Below are positions 24,816 through 32,877 of a stretch of 43,075 bases of DNA, piece after piece. Position 1 is the stretch's first letter; the number at the start of each line of letters is the position of its first letter. Below the pieces are notes generated by a model, which saw only the letters and a program-made list of their open reading frames with translations, was not told where the DNA came from and did not search any database. The stretch is from a virus. The DNA lies in the IMG/VR virus record IMGVR_UViG_3300002461_000205, positions 1 to 43,075 of that record. One strand, given 5' to 3'. Position numbers and translations under genes: made by a program.

Positions 24816-26087
24816 CTACTCGTTTTCCTTTCTGAATTTCGTCCTCGCCTGCGCCAGTGCAGATTTGCGCCGCGTGCTTTTGCTCCTGATGTAGCTCGCC
24901 GTCATTGCGGGCGTGGCGTGCGTCAGATGCTCCTGGATCGCTGCGATATCCGCCCCGGCTTCATCAGCCTCAGTGGCCCCGCCAGCTCTAGCGTCCATGT
25001 TCCAGACGTTATCCGGGATTTCCGCTTTCCGTGCGAGCTTGCGAAACTTCTTCTGAAATCTCCTGTCACCGATCGGCAAACCATCGTGGCCCAGCACCAT
25101 CGCGCCTTCGCGCTCGTGCATCGGTACGGATTCTAACAGCGGAAACAGCAGGGGGTAGTCCTGCAAATCAAAAACCGTAGCCGCTCGCGTCTTGCTGGTT
25201 TTTATCCTGAGCTTCCAGCCGGGAATGTTATCCCACCTGAAAACCCCCAACCACATTTTCCCCTTACCGTTATAGACCGCTTGCGGCGTGTTCAATTTCG
25301 CTTGCGTCCACTCCCCGATAATATCTTTCTGCCTGAGCATCAGCTCGAATTGTGCGGCGACGGCTATAGCCATGTCGCGCTCATTGTCTTCAAGGGCCAC
25401 GCGAACGAATGCCACGGCTTGCTGATAGGTTAGTTCTTCTGTGCGCGATCCGGGCCTCTCAAACCTAACGTTTGCAAGCATCCCGACGAAGCGGGCGCAC
25501 TCTTCATATCCGAGCGCAGCACCGAACCGGCAGATCATCCGCACCATCGCGATTGCGTCGTGCGCTCGCTTTATCCTGCGGGGCGACTCTTCCTTCGCGG
25601 GCTCGGCCCAATTCCGAAACCATCTCTTTGCATCAATAATTGAACACTTCCGCACCTGTCTTTGTGCTATTGTGCCTTCAATGATCTTGAGGCTATCGAC
25701 GTAGAAGTCCTGCGTGTTCTTCTTGACGGTTTGAAACGAGGATTCCGGGTGCGATTGAAACACGCGCGAGAGGCTGAGAAACGAGCCGTCGTAATTTGTT
25801 TTCAGAAGTTCGCCGGCATCACCCCTGCCGAGCCAAGCCATGAGACGGGCAGTGTGCCTGAGACAAAGCTCTACGATTTCCTCATCGTCGGAATCGTTCG
25901 GTAATTTGATGGTTTTGTCCGGGTAGTTTTTTGTGTCTCTAACTACGTTCGCCGCCACCCAATAATGAGCAGTTGAACCATCACCGCGAGGACGCGATTT
26001 GTAGCCGGGGCGGGTGCTTTTGAGGGGCATCGAAGGACTCGGGGCCGTCTTCTGCGTGAGGTCTAGCATCGTTCGACACTCCTTCAT
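24816..26087 (-). CDS. int: Tyrosine recombinase (phage integrase).
   Basis: 423-aa ORF. The C-terminal catalytic region 'WNMDARAGGATEA...IQEHLTHATPAMTASYIR' carries the R...H...Y pattern. It is adjacent to attP. The exact start is uncertain (26087, 26069 or 26030). Confidence 0.85.
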   Translation of the reverse strand: MKECRTMLDLTQKTAPSPSMPLKSTRPGYKSRPRGDGSTAHYWVAANVVRDTKNYPDKTIKLPNDSDDEEIVELCLRHTARLMAWLGRGDAGELLKTNYDGSFLSLSRVFQSHPESSFQTVKKNTQDFYVDSLKIIEGTIAQRQVRKCSIIDAKRWFRNWAEPAKEESPRRIKRAHDAIAMVRMICRFGAALGYEECARFVGMLANVRFERPGSRTEELTYQQAVAFVRVALEDNERDMAIAVAAQFELMLRQKDIIGEWTQAKLNTPQAVYNGKGKMWLGVFRWDNIPGWKLRIKTSKTRAATVFDLQDYPLLFPLLESVPMHEREGAMVLGHDGLPIGDRRFQKKFRKLARKAEIPDNVWNMDARAGGATEADEAGADIAAIQEHLTHATPAMTASYIRSKSTRRKSALAQARTKFRKENE

Positions 26088-26289
26088 GCGCGTCTAGCCA
26101 CGCTTTTACCGCAGGCCAATAACGCCCACGGAACAAGGGCTTAGGCTTGGGAAAACCCCGATCCTCCAGGACCCGAATACTTGCTCTGAACGCTTTCACG
26201 CCCATGTGCGGGGCCACACGCTGACGCAGTTCGTCATCGCCCAAATAAAGCGATGCCGGCCGATCAAGCTCTGTGAGCCCACGCCCCAT
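25981..26289 (-). CDS. Putative excisionase/small DNA-binding protein.
   Basis: 102-aa ORF immediately upstream of int and overlapping it. 'RGFPKPKPLFRGRYWPAVKAWLD' resembles prophage Xis/AlpA-like proteins (from memory). Confidence 0.45.
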   Translation of the reverse strand: MGRGLTELDRPASLYLGDDELRQRVAPHMGVKAFRASIRVLEDRGFPKPKPLFRGRYWPAVKAWLDAHEGVSNDARPHAEDGPESFDAPQKHPPRLQIASSR

Positions 26290-26292
26290 AAT

Positions 26293-26532
26293 TCACCCAG
26301 CCGCCTTGTTGGGGGACAGGACGGGAATATCTTTCAGTTTTTCTAGCGCTGCGCGCACTCTCCGAACGGGGTCCAGATCGCGTTCAAACTTCCGCATCAT
26401 GTGCGGGTAATCATTTCGGAAGGGGTATTCGTTTTGAAGGCTAATCTCTAAGTCTTCGGCGCACTCTTTTGCTGCTGCTATCAATTCTTGCAGGGGCTCT
26501 AGCGGGGCTGACCATTTTACAGGCCCGGTCAT
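26293..26532 (-). CDS. Hypothetical protein.
   Basis: 79-aa ORF. Its ATG overlaps the stop of the upstream micro-ORF (ATGA). Confidence 0.5.
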   Translation of the reverse strand: MTGPVKWSAPLEPLQELIAAAKECAEDLEISLQNEYPFRNDYPHMMRKFERDLDPVRRVRAALEKLKDIPVLSPNKAAG

Positions 26533-26660
26533 CGACGCACCAAAACAGACAAAACAAAAATACCAAAGATCGCGATAAAGAAAATGCAGCCGAGCAAAAT
26601 CACGCCGGTCATAGCTGCGAATGGGTCGTTGGAGAAAATTAGCTTCGTAAATGGGTCCAT
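26529..26660 (-). CDS. 43-aa TM peptide.
   Basis: Strong RBS 'GGAGGGGtagATG'. Sequence: MDPFTKLIFSNDPFAAMTGVILLGCIFFIAIFGIFVLSVLVRR. Below the ORF-track size cutoff. Confidence 0.55.
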   Translation of the reverse strand: MDPFTKLIFSNDPFAAMTGVILLGCIFFIAIFGIFVLSVLVRR

Positions 26661-26846
26661 CTACCCCTCCTTAATTGAGCTTGTGAGAGGGCGGGCGGTT
26701 AGTTGGCTCTCATGCTCCTCGGCTTCGTGTTCGGTAAAGCCGAAGTTGAAGCGCAGGCTGTTTATGAACTGGCGGTAGGTCAATTCACCGCTCAAAAATT
26801 CGGCCACAAGGTTTTCCAGATCGATTGCGTATTGATCTTCGGTCAT
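26661..26846 (-). CDS. Hypothetical 61-aa acidic protein.
   Basis: The internal ATG at 26846 overlaps the upstream stop (ATGA). Sequence begins MTEDQYAIDLENLVAEFLSGELTYRQFINSL. Confidence 0.5.
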   Translation of the reverse strand: MTEDQYAIDLENLVAEFLSGELTYRQFINSLRFNFGFTEHEAEEHESQLTARPLTSSIKEG

Positions 26847-26968
26847 GACCGCATCCAAGCAAAAATAATGAGGGGGGCGACGATCATTGCCTGCGTACCG
26901 ACAACCACGAGTGCCCAAGCAACCGGGTTATTGTCGTTGAGCCAAGGCGGTACCTTGCCGGGCGTCAT
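26843..26968 (-). CDS. 41-aa TM peptide.
   Basis: ATGA overlaps at both ends. Sequence: MTPGKVPPWLNDNNPVAWALVVVGTQAMIVAPLIIFAWMRS. Below the ORF-track size cutoff. Confidence 0.45.
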   Translation of the reverse strand: MTPGKVPPWLNDNNPVAWALVVVGTQAMIVAPLIIFAWMRS

Positions 26969-27114
26969 TGCCACCACCAGCCTTTTCGTTGCGGCCTGAT
27001 GGCTCTGTAGTAGCGGCTATGCTCGTTCGATGCGCGAGCAATAATGAATCCCGCTAAAGCCGCCGGCAGAAACAACACGATGTGAAGAAGAAGCTCAGCT
27101 ATTGTTGTGTTCAT
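26965..27114 (-). CDS. 49-aa TM peptide.
   Basis: ATGA overlaps at both ends. Sequence: MNTTIAELLLHIVLFLPAALAGFIIARASNEHSRYYRAIRPQRKGWWWQ. Below the ORF-track size cutoff. Confidence 0.45.
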   Translation of the reverse strand: MNTTIAELLLHIVLFLPAALAGFIIARASNEHSRYYRAIRPQRKGWWWQ

Positions 27115-27374
27115 ATTTGCCTCGTCTCAATTTGTTCGATGAGCGCGATAACAAATACAACGAAGAGGCAAGAGCCGCCGAGTGCGGCGCAGAAAAGCCA
27201 CCCGTTATGACTGCCTGCTGCAAGCACCATAATTGCAACGCCCACGACCATCGCGACGATTGCTAGGGCTCTAAGAAAGATGACCGCCGCAACTCGAAAT
27301 CGGTAAGCGAGGTAGTAGACCGTCAGAAAGATTGCCCCTGCGGGTATTGCGATGAACCACATGAAGTCGAACAT
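27111..27374 (-). CDS. 87-aa multi-TM membrane protein.
   Basis: Three hydrophobic helices. The ATG overlaps the upstream TAA (TAATG). Confidence 0.6.
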   Translation of the reverse strand: MFDFMWFIAIPAGAIFLTVYYLAYRFRVAAVIFLRALAIVAMVVGVAIMVLAAGSHNGWLFCAALGGSCLFVVFVIALIEQIETRQI

Positions 27375-28273
27375 TAAACTTTCTCCTGTTGCTTACCGCT
27401 GTCCTGTTGAGCGACGACGGGCTCTTCACGCACCAGCACGAGATGCCAGTTGACGCTCTTGTTCGCGTCGTCTCGCGCGTATTGATCGTAGAGTTTCTGG
27501 ATGCGCTCCGCCGCTTCGAGAAATGCGCCTGTCGTCGTGCGATTAGCCCGGCAAGTCGGCGTGATGATCGCATGGCCGGATTTCAGGCCGGGCAACGCTA
27601 CTGCGCGCGTTTCCGGTTGGCGGAGAAGACTTGCGACGGAAAAATCTACGAAGCGCGGATCGGAAAATTCAGGAAAGAGCAGCGTCCATGTGAGGCGACC
27701 ATGCGGGCGTACCGTTGCGGGTTGGCCGTTGTTTTTCAGCTTAGTTGCTTCTTCGACGCGCCTCAAAAGATGTTCTGGCTCGCAAGCACGATCAGTCCAC
27801 GGCACTGCGACAAGATCGAGGTCGCGCGTGAATGAGCCGTGCAACGTCAGCGCGTAGCCTTCCTGCCAAGCAATAATGCGAGCGAGCGTATAAACGCGAG
27901 CATAGTCCGGGTCGATTACGCCGAAAGGCAAATGTCGCGCATCAGGCAATTTCGCCTCTACCACATCTTCCGGTACTCTGCGCTCTAGTGATGGGGAAGG
28001 GGCGAGTATTTCTGAAAACTGTTTCGTCAGTAGCTTCTCAAAGTATTCACGCGGGTCGTCGTCAATGTCATGGTTCATTGTTGAGAACACCTGCTCGACA
28101 AGACGCTTTATAATCGCTTCTCGTCCTTCCCCCTGCGTGGCGGTGTTAGTGGGCGCAGGCAAACATTCTCCATGATAGGGGCCGTCACCATTTCCCATCG
28201 TGTACATTCCCGTCCGCAACGCGAAAGGCAGCGAACACTTTTTGCAAACCGGATTGATGGCTGTTCCGTTCAT
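27374..28273 (-). CDS. Hypothetical protein with an N-terminal Cys motif and a weak nucleotidyltransferase-like motif.
   Basis: 299 aa. N-terminal 'CKKC...HGEC'. The central 'GYALTLHGSFTRDLDLVAVPW' loosely resembles the Pol-beta NTase G-S...D-x-D signature, but the spacing is shorter than canonical. Confidence 0.4.
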   Translation of the reverse strand: MNGTAINPVCKKCSLPFALRTGMYTMGNGDGPYHGECLPAPTNTATQGEGREAIIKRLVEQVFSTMNHDIDDDPREYFEKLLTKQFSEILAPSPSLERRVPEDVVEAKLPDARHLPFGVIDPDYARVYTLARIIAWQEGYALTLHGSFTRDLDLVAVPWTDRACEPEHLLRRVEEATKLKNNGQPATVRPHGRLTWTLLFPEFSDPRFVDFSVASLLRQPETRAVALPGLKSGHAIITPTCRANRTTTGAFLEAAERIQKLYDQYARDDANKSVNWHLVLVREEPVVAQQDSGKQQEKV

Positions 28274-28310
28274 GTCAGCGCCTTCCTTGCTGTCTCAAGA
28301 GGGTGAGGGG

Positions 28311-28565
28311 TCATAGTGTTTCACCAATGGTTTTTAGATCGACGCCTTTGATTGTTGCTGCCGGGAAATATCGAATCTCACGACCGTAGCGATGCCCTCC
28401 GGTGAGCAACCCCTTGTCTTTCAATTTCCGGCAGCGTTTACGAAGCCAATCATCGCGATAGCGCAGGCTTACAGAGAAATACCCCTTGCGAATTGCAATC
28501 GCCAAAATACTATCAGGCGTTTCTCGCTCTCGCCGCGCAGCTTCATGACTGCGAGAATACGGCAT
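28311..28565 (-). CDS. Hypothetical basic small protein (possibly a winged helix).
   Basis: The internal ATG at 28565 has an AGGGAGAAG RBS. The track start at 28712 would overlap the upstream gene by 145 nt. Confidence 0.45.
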   Translation of the reverse strand: MPYSRSHEAARRERETPDSILAIAIRKGYFSVSLRYRDDWLRKRCRKLKDKGLLTGGHRYGREIRYFPAATIKGVDLKTIGETL

Positions 28566-28567
28566 CT

Positions 28568-29008
28568 CTACTTCTCCCTTGATGTAGGAAGGCGGGATTT
28601 GAAAATTGCGATGCAGAGCGCAGTAGCGCCGTTCTTGTGCAACGCTTGCCAAGGGCCAGCAGTGTCGCTGCTTACATGAGCGATCCAGTGCTTCTTGTGG
28701 CGCTCTAAGCAAACAAAATGATCGTCCTTCGCGAGCGTCATCGCTGCGTCGATGGAGGCGGTGTATGGTGTCTGACCAAGTAGCGTTGAAATGCTAATTG
28801 CTGCCGTTTCTTCATCATAACGAACACCATCTTCTGGATTTGCTCGCATTGTTAGCAGCCGAGGCGGCGTCTCGCGCATATCCCAGATCGACAATTTGTT
28901 TGTTGAGATAAGATAATGACCAAGCGCAAACTCAATTCGCGCGTCTAGAGTACGATCATGCCCCGTTGCTTTCTCAAGCCGTTCAATCAATTCCCCCAGC
29001 GCGCTCAT
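28568..29008 (-). CDS. Hypothetical phage protein.
   Basis: 146-aa ORF beginning MSALGELIERLEKATGHDRTLDARIEFALGH. Confidence 0.5.
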   Translation of the reverse strand: MSALGELIERLEKATGHDRTLDARIEFALGHYLISTNKLSIWDMRETPPRLLTMRANPEDGVRYDEETAAISISTLLGQTPYTASIDAAMTLAKDDHFVCLERHKKHWIAHVSSDTAGPWQALHKNGATALCIAIFKSRLPTSREK

Positions 29009-29033
29009 GGGCGGGCCTTGGGGGTGAGGGCTG

Positions 29034-29525
29034 TCACAGCAACGCCTCCTGTTTCGCGAGTTTTGGTTTCTCTATGAAGAAATCACCTTGCTTGATTGTC
29101 TCGGTAATGCGGCGGCAAGCGCCTTCAAAAAACTTTGGTTCTATTTCGATGCCGATGAATTTCCGCCCAAGCTTCACGGCGGCAACGCCAGTGGTTGCTG
29201 ACCCCATGAAGGGATCGCAAATTGTCTTTGCGTTCTGCGCGTAGGTAGTTAGAAACTTCTCGTATAGTGCGACGGGCTTGGGGCAAGGATGCGAGATAAA
29301 CTCGCCCTCCCACTTCTCGCGGCCAATTCCTTTGATGCCTGCTTTTGCAGGTTCAGGGTTGCAAGTCACAACATCGCTGGCATACTTCGATTGTGTTCCG
29401 GTAGCGTGGATGCCGTAGAGAAATATCGGCTCCCAATGCGGCAGCACGCAGCTGTTACCAACGCGCCAAGGCAACGGCGTATGCTTCCCTTCCATTTCCC
29501 TTGTTGTGTTGGAAGACGACTCCAT
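29034..29525 (-). CDS. Truncated DNA methyltransferase paralog: the AdoMet-binding half is present and the DPPY catalytic motif is missing.
   Basis: 'HPCPKPVALYEKFL...ICDPFMGSATTGVAAVKLGRKFIGIEIEPKFF...KQGDFFIEKPKLAKQEALL' aligns with the C-terminal half of the 38518..39168 methyltransferase. No D-P-P-Y is encoded in any frame of 29480-29760. Start chosen at ATG 29525 (GGAGAGAAG RBS). Confidence 0.6.
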   Translation of the reverse strand: MESSSNTTREMEGKHTPLPWRVGNSCVLPHWEPIFLYGIHATGTQSKYASDVVTCNPEPAKAGIKGIGREKWEGEFISHPCPKPVALYEKFLTTYAQNAKTICDPFMGSATTGVAAVKLGRKFIGIEIEPKFFEGACRRITETIKQGDFFIEKPKLAKQEALL

Positions 29526-29538
29526 CTTCTCTCCAGAC

Positions 29539-29754
29539 CTAGCTTCCATTGCGTTCTCCTGAAATTTCGCGGACTTTTCCTGTTCCATTGCAGCAGGAGC
29601 ATTTCGGAAAGTTGTTGTGATCGTAGCGGCCCGATCCACTGCAAGCAGAGCAAATGATGAGTTTGCGCCCCTTCACGAAGCGTTCGTAATGCTCTTTGCG
29701 TTGGGCCTTACGCTCTAGCCAGTCTTCGCCCATTCCGTTCTCAGGGAGAGTCAT
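29539..29754 (-). CDS. DnaJ-type zinc-finger small protein.
   Basis: Two CxxCxGxG units: 'CSACSGSGRY' and 'CSCCNGTGKV'. ATG at 29754, directly after the upstream stop. Confidence 0.6.
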   Translation of the reverse strand: MTLPENGMGEDWLERKAQRKEHYERFVKGRKLIICSACSGSGRYDHNNFPKCSCCNGTGKVREISGERNGS

Positions 29755-29755
29755 A

Positions 29756-30118
29756 TTATTCGTACCTTGCTGGAACGATTTCACCGTTGAACTTGCGGTA
29801 GCCCATCTTTCGCTTCTTCGATTTGATCCCTAGGTGATTTAACCGGCGCTCGTAGATCGCGCTTTTCTCAGCAACGTCCTCTGCGGTCTTTTGCTTGTGG
29901 TGTTTGGCCAGCAATGTTCTGAGGTTTTTTTCACGGTTCTCTCCACCATTAGCGATTGCGACCGTGTGATCTGTTTCCCACTTGTCACCAACGCGGATCA
30001 GTGTCGTACAACCGCACTGGCATCTGCCGCCGTCCCGATCGAATACGCGCAAGCGAACGCGAGGAGGGATTTGCGTGTCAGGGCTTGCGCCGCGCCATTC
30101 AACCACGCTCCTAGCCAT
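29756..30118 (-). CDS. HNH endonuclease.
   Basis: 'GGRCQCGC...WETDHTVAIANGGENREKNLRTLLAKHHKQKT' is a classical HNH motif with a Cys-rich finger. Start probably at ATG 30118 (MARSVVEW). Confidence 0.8.
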   Translation of the reverse strand: MARSVVEWRGASPDTQIPPRVRLRVFDRDGGRCQCGCTTLIRVGDKWETDHTVAIANGGENREKNLRTLLAKHHKQKTAEDVAEKSAIYERRLNHLGIKSKKRKMGYRKFNGEIVPARYE

Positions 30119-30698
30119 GTGAGATGGCCTCCGCATCGCTCTTGCCTGCGTCGAGTCGTCCAAGAATTGTTGCGTGCGGGATTCCAGTTATCACCGCCGC
30201 TTGAGCGACAGTGACCACCTCGCCGTGAACGCAAAGAAAACGATTGAATGAGCGGTTATTGTTCTGCTCTGCTGCCGTTGCCCATCGGCAATTGCCTGGC
30301 TCGTAATTTCCATTGCTGTCGATGCGATCTAACGAATGCGCTGGAGACGGCTTGCGACCTAGGTCGGAAATAAAGGCATCAAACGAGATCGCCCACGCAG
30401 CGCACATCGTGATCCCGCGTCCGCCATAAAGCGGGTACTTCCGGTTCTGTGGGTTGCGGCAGCGGCTGCGCGCATTATCCCACGCCTTGTATTCGGGAGT
30501 TCGCGACAGCCCGTGAGTTTTCTTGGCTCCCTTAACGCATCCGCACGCGACAGAGTCGCCTCTTTTTAGGTGGCCTGCATACTTGGTTGTCTTATTTCCA
30601 CAATCACAGATACACACCCAATAGAACCCGCGCCGTCCGTCGACGCGCACTTCGCGAACGAGGGTTAAGCGATTTATTTTCATCCCAGCGTACAACAT
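30111..30698 (-). CDS. HNH_3-like protein with a degenerate 'DRID' motif and an N-terminal Cys cluster.
   Basis: 'YWVCICDCG...VACGC' is followed by 'YGGRGITMCAAWAISFDAFISDLGRKPSPAHSLDRIDSNGNYEPGNCRWATAAEQNNN'. The ATG at 30698 overlaps the upstream TAA. A paralog is at 41351..41770. Confidence 0.55.
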   Translation of the reverse strand: MLYAGMKINRLTLVREVRVDGRRGFYWVCICDCGNKTTKYAGHLKRGDSVACGCVKGAKKTHGLSRTPEYKAWDNARSRCRNPQNRKYPLYGGRGITMCAAWAISFDAFISDLGRKPSPAHSLDRIDSNGNYEPGNCRWATAAEQNNNRSFNRFLCVHGEVVTVAQAAVITGIPHATILGRLDAGKSDAEAISHG

Positions 30699-31033
30699 TA
30701 GCGAACGCGCTCCGCAGCTCTGGCGTTGGCGTTTGTCGATCGCCACACCTCAATTATCATTTCAGCGGCGCGAACCCGTGCGCGGTGCCGCTCATGCTCA
30801 AATATCGCCTCAGATTCCGCGTCTTGCAGTTTCTTGTAGAGGTCGTGGCATTCAACGCTTGCTTCTCGATCCCTGACGGTGCCGCCGTTTGTGCCGCGAT
30901 ACAGCTCCGCAAACTTCGCCTTGCGCGCGTTCTCCGCGTCCGTGACCGCCTTACGGGCAACGGCCACGGGGTGAGGATCGTCCGCGAGGTATGCGAGCGC
31001 TTTAGAAACCGTATCGTCGGCAACAATGCTCAT
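30698..31033 (-). CDS. Hypothetical helical protein.
   Basis: 111-aa ORF, coupled at both ends. Confidence 0.5.
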   Translation of the reverse strand: MSIVADDTVSKALAYLADDPHPVAVARKAVTDAENARKAKFAELYRGTNGGTVRDREASVECHDLYKKLQDAESEAIFEHERHRARVRAAEMIIEVWRSTNANARAAERVR

Positions 31034-31326
31034 CAGAGTGCCGGGGCGAACGGAATATCGTCATCAAGCGCGGCTGCTCGCATGGGGGCGGGCGTACCGA
31101 GCGGAGACCTGCGCTGCGCCGGGGTGTCGTCCTTTTGCTCACGCGGCGGTTCGATCTTGAGCGACATGAACGTGCCGGCCTTGCCCTGCTTGAGCCAGCC
31201 AGCGATACGGACGGGCTGACTGCAATGCGGACAGCATCCATCGCCGCGATAGTCTGGTTGCTTGTCGTTCTCTTTCTTATTCTTGAAGAGAGAGCCGAAG
31301 CCGGGTTTCTGTACGAAGTCACTCAT
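31033..31326 (-). CDS. Short SSB-tail protein (putative ssDNA-binding or SSB-mimicking protein).
   Basis: ATG at 31326. 'GFGSLFKNKKENDKQPDYRGDG', a CxxC-containing insert 'CCPHCSQP', 'WLKQGKAGTFMSLKIEP', and the acidic tail 'LDDDIPF', which matches the bacterial SSB C-terminal tip. Confidence 0.5.
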   Translation of the reverse strand: MSDFVQKPGFGSLFKNKKENDKQPDYRGDGCCPHCSQPVRIAGWLKQGKAGTFMSLKIEPPREQKDDTPAQRRSPLGTPAPMRAAALDDDIPFAPAL

Positions 31327-31892
31327 GCTGCTTTTCCTTGTTGTGTTGATGCGGCTAGGGCCGCGCTTTTTAGTCCTGCGTGATGATCTGAAAGTTCGCC
31401 GCGTTCCTGGATTGAGCGATCGAGGTACCAAGCCTTGTAGGCATCGACGCCTTTGGCGGCTTCGGCGCGGGCTACATCCAACAGGGTGACTGGCAGTTCT
31501 GGGGGCGCAGACTTCTTGAAGTCGTCTGCCTCATCCTCGGAATAGGCGAGCCCGTGAATGCCGATTAGTTTGAGAACAACGCGATCTTTTGCGCGCTTCT
31601 CGGCCATTGCGAACGGATAAGCGTTCTTGTTGTTGGCGGGGGCAGCCTCACCAATGGACCACTCGCTTGCATCGCCCATGCGGCCAGTGACGCAGATGGC
31701 CGCGACCTTGTGCGCGCCGTCTGCTTCCAAAACCAGCGGGGCCTCAAACTTGATGCCGGCCTTCGCCGCGATCTGCTCAAGCACGCGGTGATAAATCACC
31801 CACGTTCCGTGACAGTCCCACGCGGCATCGGGGCCGAAGCCGTGCTTCTTGAGTGCCTCGACAACCTTGGGGTCGATCTGTTTCTTACTCAC
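31323..31892 (-). CDS. Putative single-strand annealing protein (Rad52/Sak-like).
   Basis: 'NAYPFAMAEKRAKDRVVLKLIGIHG' resembles the Rad52-type helix-hairpin motif (from memory). It sits between the exonuclease and the SSB-tail gene. Confidence 0.45.
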   Translation of the reverse strand: MSKKQIDPKVVEALKKHGFGPDAAWDCHGTWVIYHRVLEQIAAKAGIKFEAPLVLEADGAHKVAAICVTGRMGDASEWSIGEAAPANNKNAYPFAMAEKRAKDRVVLKLIGIHGLAYSEDEADDFKKSAPPELPVTLLDVARAEAAKGVDAYKAWYLDRSIQERGELSDHHAGLKSAALAASTQQGKAA

Positions 31893-32629
31893 GCCGCCAA
31901 CTCCCTCAATTTTTCACTTGCCGCTATGCTCCAGCGGAAATCATCGTCGTTCATCGGAAGCGACCGGATCGCTGCCTTCGGATCGGTATGGCTGTTTAAG
32001 AACGCTTGCAGGGACAGCGCGTCACGACGCATGGACTCAAGCGATGAAGCGCATAGTTCTTCCGAGATCGGGTAATGAGCGGATTTCTTCGCGGTCACGT
32101 AGAGAAGCGAGCCCGCACAATTCCTCCCCGCCATATAGAGCGCGACTTGTCTTGCGTGATCGGCCTTAGGTTCTGACGGGCAAGCCTTCGTGGTTTTCAG
32201 ATCGAAGATCGAGCCGTCTTCCAGAATGAAATCTATGAAGCCGATAACGGGGACTTCAACGTCTTGGAAAACGTGCTCGACTCTTGCCTGCGCTCCGAAG
32301 TAGGGGGCCGATAAATGCTCTGTGGCTTTAACCGCCATATCGAGCATGGGAGCAATGTTGGTTCGCTCTGCTTCCGTGCTATCATCGGCTAGGCCTTGGG
32401 CTTCTTTCTCGAAGGCCTCCAATGCAAGCGCGTAAGCCGCATCACCGTCTTTCTTGATGAACCAAGATTGCAAGCCCTTCTCGACCGCGTTCCCGCGCCA
32501 TGCCGCCGCGCCAGCTTGGTCAAAGAATTTCCCAAGGTAGCGAAGGCTCCACAGCCCCGGCGCATTGCGCCAGAGGTTGAGCGAAGATGGGGAAAGACGC
32601 TCGATACCAAATCGTTGAAATCCGTTCAT
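31889..32629 (-). CDS. PD-(D/E)XK (Cas4/RecB-like) exonuclease.
   Basis: 'VIGFIDFILEDGSIFDLKTTK...HARQVALY' gives the D...D/E-x-K...Q-x-x-x-Y pattern of phage recombination exonucleases. Confidence 0.65.
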   Translation of the reverse strand: MNGFQRFGIERLSPSSLNLWRNAPGLWSLRYLGKFFDQAGAAAWRGNAVEKGLQSWFIKKDGDAAYALALEAFEKEAQGLADDSTEAERTNIAPMLDMAVKATEHLSAPYFGAQARVEHVFQDVEVPVIGFIDFILEDGSIFDLKTTKACPSEPKADHARQVALYMAGRNCAGSLLYVTAKKSAHYPISEELCASSLESMRRDALSLQAFLNSHTDPKAAIRSLPMNDDDFRWSIAASEKLRELAA

Positions 32630-32877
32630 GCCGCAGCCTTCTGCTTATGCGCGGCAAGGAATTTACCGATCTTCGCCATTGCGATTTCAAGAACGAATAA
32701 TTCAACAGGACCAACAGTCAGATCGTTGTGAGCATCCAGTTGGAGGATTTCTTCGGCACCGTTGCAGATATCCAGCGTGGTGCGCTCGAACAAAACCTGT
32801 TGCTGCTCATCGAAGCGCATTGCTTCAAATTCGCTTTGACGGTCTTGTTCGATCTGGAATTGGTTGGATATGCTCAT
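32626..32877 (-). CDS. Hypothetical acidic protein.
   Basis: The internal ATG at 32877 overlaps the upstream stop (ATGA). Sequence begins MSISNQFQIEQDRQSEFEAMRF. Confidence 0.45.
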   Translation of the reverse strand: MSISNQFQIEQDRQSEFEAMRFDEQQQVLFERTTLDICNGAEEILQLDAHNDLTVGPVELFVLEIAMAKIGKFLAAHKQKAAA

